Virus record (IMG/VR): IMGVR_UViG_3300042566_001512
Location: 62,001-126,000 of that record
DNA: 64,000 nucleotides
Reading direction: 5' to 3' (one strand)
The stretch's first letter is position 1, and each line of letters starts with the position of its first letter. The translations under genes were made by a program, and so were the position numbers. The notes below the pieces were generated by a model. It saw only the letters and a list, made by a program, of their open reading frames with translations, had not been told where the DNA came from and did not search any database. Positions 21,288 to 28,928 of the stretch are shown here, piece by piece.

Positions 21288-21788
21288 ATGAAAAAGATAG
21301 TTACGTTTCTAATGTTGCTCATCATCAGCAGCTACACTTATGCATTCAGTGCAGACTGGATCGTTCAGCACACCAAGGGCAAGGTCAGATACGACCAAGC
21401 TGTAAAAATCGTTAATGCGGTATACAAGCACAGCTTTATTAACGAAGTGGACCCAGGCATTATCTTTAAGATAATCCAAACAGAATCAACTTACAACCCA
21501 AACGCAAAAGCAAGAACATCTAACGCCACTGGGTTGATGCAGATTATTCCTTATTGGCACAGGGATAAAATCAAAGGTCGTAACTTAAAAAATATCGATG
21601 TGAATGTTGAAGTGGGAGTAAAGATTTACAAAGAGTATCTGAATAAGTCAAACGGGAATGTGAGGAAGGCGCTTTGGAGGTATAATGCATCAACTGTCAA
21701 AAAACAGTACGCAAACAAAGTGTTGAGTATAAACGACACGGAAGTTTACGCTTTTGTAAAGCCACAAAGTAGAACAAAGGATGTCTAA
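21288..21788 (+). CDS. Lytic transglycosylase (SLT domain) with signal peptide
   Basis: IIQTES (catalytic Glu), ATGLMQI and ALWRYN; MKK plus hydrophobic leader. Confidence 0.9.
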   Translation: MKKIVTFLMLLIISSYTYAFSADWIVQHTKGKVRYDQAVKIVNAVYKHSFINEVDPGIIFKIIQTESTYNPNAKARTSNATGLMQIIPYWHRDKIKGRNLKNIDVNVEVGVKIYKEYLNKSNGNVRKALWRYNASTVKKQYANKVLSINDTEVYAFVKPQSRTKDV

Positions 21789-21853
21789 GTTATAACTTAG
21801 ACATTAGTACAAAGGCGTAGTAATTAAAAAATCCCATTGTATTTATTTTCAAA

Positions 21854-21868
21854 CACATATTCTAAATG
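21854..21868 (+). promoter_or_regulatory. Early-promoter-like motif
   Basis: CACATATTCTAAATG after an AT tract; near-identical copies at 22633, 25660 and 45855. Confidence 0.55.
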
Positions 21869-21897
21869 TGGTCCTGGTAAATATATCATCTACATTT

Positions 21898-22059
21898 ATG
21901 AAAAAAGTAAAGAAAGAAAAAGCACCGTCTCAATCTGAACATCAGCAAGTAGGCGTTATTGACATGAGCACCAAGGTTTATGAAATAACCCTCAACGAGG
22001 CAGGCAAGAAACTGCCGCCCGGTCGGTACGCTCTGTTTGCTTTGCCAAAGGAAAAATAA
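21898..22059 (+). CDS. Small hypothetical protein
   Basis: Stop overlaps the next ATG (TAATG); start site uncertain. Confidence 0.45.
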   Translation: MKKVKKEKAPSQSEHQQVGVIDMSTKVYEITLNEAGKKLPPGRYALFALPKEK

Positions 22060-22433
22060 TGGAACACATTCAATTCATCGCCAGCCACGTTATCGCTGCA
22101 TTTTTCGGTGCGGCGGTGTGCTTATTTGCAATGGTTCTGGACACCGCCTCAAAAGTAGAACCTGCCGACTTTTTCAATGAGGCTCCTAATGTGGAGTCTG
22201 AAAACCAATCCGTCACCGTAAAAGTGCTAGAAACAATCCGTTTGGATTCCAATAGCGAGATCAAAGAAGATCCAAACGGATTAACGGGGTGGAATCTATA
22301 CACAAACGGCGTGCATGTCAGAAGCCTAACAGATTTTGAGGAATCACTCGTGAAAGCTTCTATCTTGCAAACATGGAAGTTCACGCTACCGGAGCTTATG
22401 AGTGCTGAAAAAAAAGATAGCGTTATCTCATGA
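22059..22433 (+). CDS. Hypothetical membrane-anchored protein
   Basis: N-terminal TM segment; translationally coupled to the upstream ORF. Confidence 0.6.
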   Translation: MEHIQFIASHVIAAFFGAAVCLFAMVLDTASKVEPADFFNEAPNVESENQSVTVKVLETIRLDSNSEIKEDPNGLTGWNLYTNGVHVRSLTDFEESLVKASILQTWKFTLPELMSAEKKDSVIS

Positions 22434-22476
22434 ATTGAGAGAAAGTAAGTAAGGAGAGAAAGTAAGTAAGTTTAAC

Positions 22477-22552
22477 GGGACGTTAGCTCAGCGGTTAGAG
22501 CAGAGGACTCATAATCCTTTGGTCAGGTGTTCAAATCACCTACGTCCCACCA
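22477..22552 (+). tRNA. trnI-CAU: tRNA with CAU anticodon, most likely tRNA-Ile2 (Met not excluded)
   Basis: Full 76-nt cloverleaf GGGACGT...ACGTCCC-A-CCA with GAGGA-CTCATAA-TCCTT; D and anticodon arms resemble E. coli ileX; TilS gene nearby. Confidence 0.93.
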
Positions 22553-22704
22553 TTTTCATAATACCCAGGAAATAAATTTCCTGGGTATTATGCCTATTAC
22601 TATTTTTTTGCCAGATTATAATTATTTTTAGTAACATATTCTAAATGCGAACAGAAGCAAAAGCGCTTCTATTTCGACAGTAAAATATCAGAAAGGTTCT
22701 AACC

Positions 22705-22950
22705 GTGTCTCTAGTTTGCTCTGGTCAGAGTTTTACCGTATACGTAGATGTCAAAATTGAAGGCATTTGTACTATCCCCAACATTAACATCTACACAAAG
22801 GACCCAAGTATAGATGGCACCAAAGCGGCTTTCCTGAAGAGCATGGAGCAGTTTGCCAACTCTGAGCACTTTGCAAAAATTGTTTATGAGCTTGAGAATG
22901 GCTTTTGTATACATGTAATTCATACCGCTCACCTGGATATGCCAGGTTAA
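22705..22950 (+). CDS. Hypothetical protein
   Basis: GTG start after AAAGG, downstream of a promoter-like motif. Confidence 0.5.
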   Translation: MSLVCSGQSFTVYVDVKIEGICTIPNINIYTKDPSIDGTKAAFLKSMEQFANSEHFAKIVYELENGFCIHVIHTAHLDMPG

Positions 22951-22977
22951 ACAATAGTTTCAATAAAAGGAAAAAAC

Positions 22978-23334
22978 GTGGCCATTAAACCGCAAGACGT
23001 CGACAAATGCTTTGTCGACCTACCATGCATCCCCAGTGTCGATGAGTTGGAAAACTACATTGATAACAAGTTGTGCGATCCATTGTTTTTGAAAAAGTGC
23101 TATCAGCACACCCGGCTTAAACAACCTATCGAGCATACTCAAACGGTAAGTTACGAAATCAGACTGCCTGATGCAACCACGCCAGATTCTAAGACACTGA
23201 AGTTACTAGAGCAACGATACGTGGCAGCCGGATGGAACCAGCTTGCACTCGTATACGGATCGACTGAAAAAGACTTTTACGAAGTTAATCTGGTTCTCAT
23301 TCGGATTGTGGAGCCCGGCAAATACCGTATTTAA
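22978..23334 (+). CDS. Hypothetical protein
   Basis: AAGGA RBS with GTG start; 118 aa. Confidence 0.6.
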   Translation: MAIKPQDVDKCFVDLPCIPSVDELENYIDNKLCDPLFLKKCYQHTRLKQPIEHTQTVSYEIRLPDATTPDSKTLKLLEQRYVAAGWNQLALVYGSTEKDFYEVNLVLIRIVEPGKYRI

Positions 23335-23344
23335 TAGTTAAAGT

Positions 23345-23980
23345 ATGTCAAAAATTCATTTCCTGAGCAAACCCAACAAAGAAATCTATCTTGCGTTCTC
23401 CGGTGGCGTAGACTCGGTTGTTCTGCTACATACACTAATTCGTAGAAATTACAGTGTAGCACTACTTACCGTCGACCACGGTAATGAATTTGCTAAACAA
23501 GAAGTAGAGTTTTGTAAGAAGACCGCAAAGGAATTGGGATTAGAGTACAAGATATTTACTATTCCTGATTTTGATAAATCCACGTCACTTGAGGCGTTTT
23601 GGTCGAATCACAGGAACGACATTTTCCAAAAAATGGACAAGATGGTCGTGAGCGGGCATCATCTGAACGACGCCTGTGAATGGTACCTGATGTCCACTTT
23701 TCAAGGTACGCCAAAGCTTCTAGAGCACACCAACAGGAACGTGCACCGACCAATGATTACCAATACAAAGAAAGTCATCATTGAGTATGCTAATAAATAC
23801 AACTTGACGTACCTGACTGACCCCACTAACGCAGATACTACTTACAATCTAAGAAACAAAGTAAGAGCCGAGCTAATGGGAAGTGTAAAGAGTTGTTTTC
23901 CTGGTATTGAAACTACCGTGAAGAGACTCATCGTTAGAAAATATTTAAATAAAATGAAGTCGGTAGAAAATAGCATTTAA
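23345..23980 (+). CDS. tilS: Minimal tRNA(Ile)-lysidine synthetase (PP-loop domain only)
   Basis: AFSGGVDS PP-loop, VDHG, GHHLND, HRPM, YLTDPTN and RNKVR; 211 aa. Confidence 0.88.
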   Translation: MSKIHFLSKPNKEIYLAFSGGVDSVVLLHTLIRRNYSVALLTVDHGNEFAKQEVEFCKKTAKELGLEYKIFTIPDFDKSTSLEAFWSNHRNDIFQKMDKMVVSGHHLNDACEWYLMSTFQGTPKLLEHTNRNVHRPMITNTKKVIIEYANKYNLTYLTDPTNADTTYNLRNKVRAELMGSVKSCFPGIETTVKRLIVRKYLNKMKSVENSI

Positions 23981-24004
23981 TTTAAATACTATTTTCTTTA
24001 GGAC

Positions 24005-24562
24005 TCGGTGTTGAGGTAAAAAATATCTAGTTCAACATTGTTATGCGAGATAGTAAACGCAGGCACTGTCGTAATAACAGATCACAATAAATGCTCACCA
24101 ATAAAGCGCGGTTAAGTAAGTCACAAGCGAGCTTTATAACCATTACTACGTGTAATCGATTGTATTGCATGAGCGCTTTTTGGATCGTGGACAAATACTG
24201 TTGTGACTATGAAGACGGCATCCCATTTTTAATGGGGCAGCAAGTAATAGTGGAAAATTGTGGAAGTGCTGTCAAAAAACAGTATATAGGGCAACCAATC
24301 CCAGTCCCCGGGTTTAACCGTGCTTTAAAATAAAAAGCTAACTGGGGAACAGCTTGCTGTGTGAATTCTCCTAAAATTGATATGCTAAAAACGTATCAAG
24401 CCAAATACAAAGCAATTTGTAGAGGTAGTGAAATACAATAGGAGAGACCCATCTATACGTAACTAAGATCGGGTTGTAAGTATTTCAAGTCATGCTAGCA
24501 TGACTGTCCCTCTAGTGATAGAGGGTATCCTAATACATATTTAGAAAAGTATGTATTAGGAT
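24005..24562 (+). ncRNA. Candidate structured ncRNA A (~560 nt)
   Basis: Dense nested stems, two probable pseudoknots and a GCAA tetraloop, between tilS and the tRNA-Leu 5' half. Strand is inferred from context. Confidence 0.5.
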
Positions 24563-24569
24563 GCTTTGT

Positions 24570-24598
24570 GCGGGGGTGGTGAAATTGGTAGACACAAC
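24570..24598 (+). pseudogene. 5' half of an interrupted tRNA-Leu (acceptor strand plus D arm)
   Basis: GCGGGGG-TG-GTG-AAATTGGTAGA-CAC-A-AC; pairs 7/7 with the acceptor strand at 25618-25624. Confidence 0.85.
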
Positions 24599-24674
24599 CT
24601 CACTATTTCTTTTTCTATTTGATTTCAATCGCTTATCACTATAATGGTAGTATAAAATAGTGATTGGAGTTAAT

Positions 24675-25226
24675 ATGAAAAATGAATTACAAGAGAAGTG
24701 TAGTGTAAACGATAATGTTGCTTTAGATAAGAAAACTCTTCTGGGGTTATATCCAGAATACACATCTGTTCTTGGTCCCTACTTTAGACCGGACGGAAGA
24801 CAACACGTTATTTTAAATAATGCTAAAGCACCTAAAGGCACTAAAGATAAAACAAAAACTATATCTTACCCTAAGGCACTTAAAGAAGTTGAGTTAAAAG
24901 AAAAATTAAAACCTGATGAAACTGTAGATCATCATGATAGAGATTTTACTAATGACAAATTAAGTAATCTTAAGGTAAAATCTAAATCAATTCACGCGTC
25001 GCAGGATGCGCTTAGAGTTACTGTAAAGCCTATTAATTGTCCAGAATGTTCAAACCTTTTTACGCCTAACGTAAATCAAAGAAACAAACAACATGCCGGT
25101 AAAGGACAAGCTGGTCCTTTTTGTAGTAAAGTGTGTGTCGGTAAATACGGCGCAAGAGTACGAAATGAAGGCGTTATCTTAGAGAGAACGTCATTAGAAA
25201 AAACATATTATCGCATAGATAAGTAA
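24675..25226 (+). CDS. Free-standing HNH homing endonuclease with C-terminal Zn finger
   Basis: ETVDHHDRDFTNDKLSNL...H; CPEC...FCSKVC; GGAG RBS; lower GC. Confidence 0.85.
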   Translation: MKNELQEKCSVNDNVALDKKTLLGLYPEYTSVLGPYFRPDGRQHVILNNAKAPKGTKDKTKTISYPKALKEVELKEKLKPDETVDHHDRDFTNDKLSNLKVKSKSIHASQDALRVTVKPINCPECSNLFTPNVNQRNKQHAGKGQAGPFCSKVCVGKYGARVRNEGVILERTSLEKTYYRIDK

Positions 25227-25234
25227 TAAGCTAT

Positions 25235-25552
25235 CCGACTGTGACGGAACTGGTATACGTAGCAGACTTTGACTAATTTGAGTGCCTTTGAGGAAACTCT
25301 TAGAGTAGAACGCTTCAAATTCGGTGGAACTCCTACTTAACTTATGTTAAGGGACAATACCGAGCCAAGCTTTAGTTGTTAATAAACAACTATCGAAGGT
25401 GTAGAGACTAGACGGGGCGAACCTAATACAAAAGTAATGGTTAAGGTATAGTCCAGACTACAACATTTTTAAAATGGCTTAGGTAACTAAGAGTAGTAAG
25501 AAAATCTGCCGAAGGAAACTTCATGTGGGTTCAAATCCCACCAGTCGGACCA
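25235..25552 (+). tRNA. trnL-UAA: tRNA-Leu(UAA), 87 nt mature, with a group I intron (exons 25235-25269 and 25501-25552)
   Basis: CCGACTG/CAGTCGG-A-CCA acceptor; spliced arm GCAGA-CTT|AAAA-TCTGC; GAAG-GAAA-CTTC variable arm. Confidence 0.93.
25270..25500 (+). mobile_element. Group I intron (tRNA-Leu type, 231 nt, no ORF)
   Basis: P AAATTCGGTGGAA (25317), Q AATACCGAGCC (25356), R GTAGAGACTAGACG (25401), S AAGGTATAGTCC (25443); IGS TTTGAG; terminal G; insertion at U^AA. Confidence 0.92.
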
Positions 25553-25573
25553 ATATATTAAGAAAACAAAACA

Positions 25574-25628
25574 TAAAATCTGTCGGAGAGCAATCTCCAT
25601 ACGGGTTCGATCCCCGTTCCCCGCACCA
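25574..25628 (+). pseudogene. 3' half of the interrupted tRNA-Leu(UAA)
   Basis: TAA-AA-TCTGT, GGAGA-GCAA-TCTCC arm, ACGGG-TTCGATC-CCCGT, TCCCCGC-A-CCA. Confidence 0.88.
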
Positions 25629-25712
25629 TTTAAAAAATCTGATTTTAATTTATTTCAATTATATATTCTAAATGTGAGTAATAACTACTCAAGTTTTAAA
25701 AGGAAACACAAA

Positions 25713-26147
25713 ATGTCTTTCAATGCAAATGTCCTTGTGCAACTCGCTGGTGCTGAGATCAATGACGAATACAGCAGCAATCTCAACAGCATGCCCGTGG
25801 AACTCAAGCAAGCTCTGCAAGAACAACGTGAAGCTGAACGCAAAGCACTGTACGCTGAAGCCGCAAAACTCATCATGGGTATCTTCAAGCGCACCGAAGA
25901 AAAGATTGCCCAAGAAGTGCAAGAGATCCGTGAGGCTCGTCAGCGTGAAGCTAAGGCCAAGGCGCGGATTGCGGATATTGAGCGTGCCAAGCAGTACGCT
26001 GAAGAAACCAACAACTATTTGCCACTGGCTCTGTTGTGCGGAACCATGGTCATCCCTTCCGGAACTGTGAATCGTGAAAAGTTCAGTGTCCCGGTGGAAT
26101 GGAAACCCAAGTCCGAATCGGTCAAAAAAACGCCAGCTAAGAAGTAA
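25713..26147 (+). CDS. Coiled-coil hypothetical protein (144 aa)
   Basis: AAGGA RBS, GC-rich codons, E/R/K-rich helix and basic tail; promoter-like motif at 25660. Confidence 0.8.
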   Translation: MSFNANVLVQLAGAEINDEYSSNLNSMPVELKQALQEQREAERKALYAEAAKLIMGIFKRTEEKIAQEVQEIREARQREAKAKARIADIERAKQYAEETNNYLPLALLCGTMVIPSGTVNREKFSVPVEWKPKSESVKKTPAKK

Positions 26148-27325
26148 GTAGTAGCTAGGTCCAGTCTCGTGAAGGCCGAGACCGATGACGGTGCATAATC
26201 GTCATCGCGACGCTTTAAAACTACTTTGTCAAGGCACTAGCGCCTTTTGATTTATTCAAAAAGCTAGCTTTCATCAATTACATTCTTTAAGAGGTAATTG
26301 ATGGTGGTGTATCATGGATCTGCCAATCAAACCGCTTTTTATTTAGAACGATTTAGAATCATTTAAATTATTACTTTACTTAAATGGTTCTATATATTAC
26401 AATACGTTCCAAAATAATCAGTGGTGCGTAGAACATGCAACACCACGTGAGTAACTGGACTCAAACCAAACTCAGTAAAACTTTCTCTGTAATAGTCCTC
26501 AGGATAGCTGCGAGACAACGAATCCGGCTCTCAGGGGTCGGTGGAGTCACTCTTGAGATAGCAGCGATGAAAAGGAGAAAGTAAAAAAGGCTATATGTGA
26601 AACATCGCCGTGGCACGTATAGATAAACTACACAAGCGGTATAGAAATATACAGCAGCCGGATGCTCCGGTATGGTCAATGTGTAGAATTTGAATCGCCC
26701 TTGTGACGAGTAATCAAATTAATGGCCTATAACTCATAAGCTGCGTTGGTGGTGTAGATGGTATCGTACGCGAAGCTTCTATTGAGTTCAATTCCCTTTC
26801 GTGAGAAAGGGTACCTTTAAATACATTTACCCTAGTGTATTTAAAAGTATTTCAAGAACACACGGCAACACCATGTCGTTAGCTTACACAAACCTCTTAT
26901 GAGTTAGGTGAATGCGGTGCGTCGTAGACCTATACCTAGCCCCAAAACGCTTTTAAACGTCACAAGGTAACGACCTAGGCGGTGGACTTTGATTAAAGCG
27001 AGTATATCAGAGTTTACCGGGTATTAAATGGTGCTCGTCATCAGTTGCAATGACTCAAGCTGTTTTAACTAAAAATAGCTTGGAATAGATTGCAGGTGGA
27101 GAGTCTTTCCCAAGAGACTCATAGAAGCCCAGTGATGCCAACTTAAAGTGTTAAGTTCTAACCTCGCAAACTGATCTGTGGTTATTAAATCAAAAAGGCA
27201 AGCTATTGCCTCGATCAGTAAATAGAAGTAAGTAGCGCTGCTTGCCTGATAAAAATCTTTCTCTAGACTTGGTTGTGCTTGTCGAGTGTTGAGGTTTTTA
27301 TTGGAGAGGTAGTTCCTTTAAACTA
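26148..27325 (+). ncRNA. Candidate large ornate ncRNA B (0.9-1.2 kb)
   Basis: No credible ORF; many stems, GNRA loops and perfect 10-bp long-range helices; TATATTAC at 26393; ends just before tRNA-Arg. Confidence 0.6.
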
Positions 27326-27331
27326 ATAAAT

Positions 27332-27408
27332 CTGTCTGTAGCTCAACTGGATAGAGCAGCTGCCTTCTAAGCAGCAGGTCGGGGGTTCGAGTCCCTCCAG
27401 ACAGGCCA
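27332..27408 (+). tRNA. trnR-UCU: tRNA-Arg(UCU)
   Basis: CTGTCTG/CAGACAG-G-CCA; GCTGC-CTTCTAA-GCAGC; TTCGAGT. Confidence 0.96.
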
Positions 27409-27762
27409 TATATAAACTAAATAAAACAAGAAGATAAACACGGCAACTGGGTATTTTCAAAATAAACTAAAACTGTAGATATTTCACGTTTTTTTTCCAA
27501 AAAGCCCAAAACTAGAAAACCAAGTGTTGAGTTACCGATAAGTTTCTTCGGTGCTCGGTTTTCAAGGCCACTATAGAAGCGTCCCCGTGACCGGCCCGGG
27601 GCAGAGAATAGGGCTACTTAAGCCAACAAATAATCCAAATAACCGTAAGACCGGAATAAAATAAAAAGATAGTTTGCGTATTGTTTTATTACTAATAAAA
27701 TCCCAGGGTAGACTTGGGATTTTATGAAAATTTTTTTCAATTAGATCTATAGTGGAAATGAC

Positions 27763-28065
27763 ATGAAACACGATATTCAAGCGGGCGATGATTGCAAAGT
27801 TATTAACGGTTTCACTGGATCAAAGAGTCCAAATGTGGGAAAAATAGTTAAAGTGGGCCACATCGTACTGGGTGCCCACGGTGAACCACATTCGCGCTTT
27901 GGGAGAATTGTACGCGTTACCGGATCAGAGGTTTATCAGATGAACGATTCTGGTAACTACGTAAATATGGGCTGGGCTGACATTCCTGTTATTTGGCTGG
28001 AGAAATTGCCTCCAGAAAAATCACCAGATAAAGAAATGGTAGCCGACAAAGAAATCGCCTCCTAG
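27763..28065 (+). CDS. Hypothetical beta-rich phage protein
   Basis: 100 aa, 'IQAGDDCKVING...VGKIVKV'. Confidence 0.65.
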   Translation: MKHDIQAGDDCKVINGFTGSKSPNVGKIVKVGHIVLGAHGEPHSRFGRIVRVTGSEVYQMNDSGNYVNMGWADIPVIWLEKLPPEKSPDKEMVADKEIAS

Positions 28066-28079
28066 ATATATTAAATAAA

Positions 28080-28553
28080 ATGGTTGAAAAGACTCACGCT
28101 GTTGCAAAAAACATAATTGAACATTTTGCAAGTGAACACCAGAAGATTTCAATCAGAAAACTTAACATATTGACATACATTTGTAATGGGTTTTTTCTAG
28201 CCAAACACAATAGTTGTCTGTTACAGGAACCCGTATTGCTCGATTGGACAGGGCCTAAGTTAAATGGATTATATTTAGAAAACCCAGACGGTTTTCTTGT
28301 TTTTAATAATAAACCAATAAATAAATTGTGCACAAAGGAAATCGCAGTAATATCTAAAGTAATTGAAAAATACGGCGATTTAGCTACTGTCGGCCTAGTG
28401 CAGGAAGCTAGACTGCCTCGCACTCCTTGGTCTATTACTTGGAATTTCTACAAAAACAGAAAAATACAAGCGACCAATATCTCCATATCAAACGATTTGA
28501 TTAAACATCATTACGAACAAATGGCGTCAAAAAGACACCATTGCGGTTTTTAA
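28080..28553 (+). CDS. Panacea (DUF4065/SocA-like) domain protein, divergent
   Basis: KLNILTYICNG, GPKLNGLY, VIEKYG, TPW and ISNDLIKHHY follow the family pattern. Confidence 0.7.
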   Translation: MVEKTHAVAKNIIEHFASEHQKISIRKLNILTYICNGFFLAKHNSCLLQEPVLLDWTGPKLNGLYLENPDGFLVFNNKPINKLCTKEIAVISKVIEKYGDLATVGLVQEARLPRTPWSITWNFYKNRKIQATNISISNDLIKHHYEQMASKRHHCGF

Positions 28554-28595
28554 TAAAACCGCAAATTATAGCAATAAACTCAATAGAGGTAATTC

Positions 28596-28928
28596 ATGAA
28601 TACGGATAACAGCATTTACGTTCCACTGCGCAGCGTGGAGAGAAACAAAAATCGCTTAAATGGCGACTACGGTAACTGTACAAAATTAAATTTCCACGGA
28701 TATGAGATTTCCATATCGAGTGATCAGTCGCTTTGCCAGAATAACGATCTAATCCGCTCAGAAATTCGAGTATACACTGGCCAAGGATATAATGAGGACG
28801 TTACTGACGATTTTGTAAAACGTTATAACGAAATCACCAAATCGGACTTGTTTATTTTCACCAGTACAGACGACCTAATGTTCATCATGTCCAGCATCCT
28901 TGCGCTAATCAATCAGCCAACCGGTTAG
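28596..28928 (+). CDS. Hypothetical protein
   Basis: GAGG RBS; 110 aa. Confidence 0.6.
   Translation: MNTDNSIYVPLRSVERNKNRLNGDYGNCTKLNFHGYEISISSDQSLCQNNDLIRSEIRVYTGQGYNEDVTDDFVKRYNEITKSDLFIFTSTDDLMFIMSSILALINQPTG

Larger units (their letters stand above)
24599..25573 (+). mobile_element. HNH plus intron-tRNA cassette inserted in the anticodon arm of a tRNA-Leu
   Basis: Flanked by complementary halves of one tRNA; contains an HNH ORF and a complete replacement tRNA-Leu. Confidence 0.7.

Noticed and set aside
24091-24333. 80-aa ORF inside RNA A
   Set aside because: No RBS or motif, and it overlaps dense stems and pseudoknots; treated as spurious, though not excluded.
25501-25583. Alternative splicing of the intron to the outer 3' tRNA half, which also begins AAAATCTG
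   Set aside because: The outer half is preceded by ACAT rather than the terminal G required at a group I 3' splice site, and its acceptor strand does not pair with the inner 5' exon.
26461-26679. 72-aa minus-strand ORF inside RNA B
   Set aside because: Antisense to the tRNA operon and lacks protein-like features.
24005-27325. Calling the structured regions tmRNA, RNase P RNA, GOLLD or ROOL
   Set aside because: No tmRNA GGGGC/UCCACCA ends or tag ORF, no RNase P GAGGAAAGUCC, and no motif I can confidently match to GOLLD or ROOL. A covariance-model search is needed.
27569-27577. CACTATAG resembling the T7 promoter core
   Set aside because: The upstream TAATACGACT is absent; chance match.
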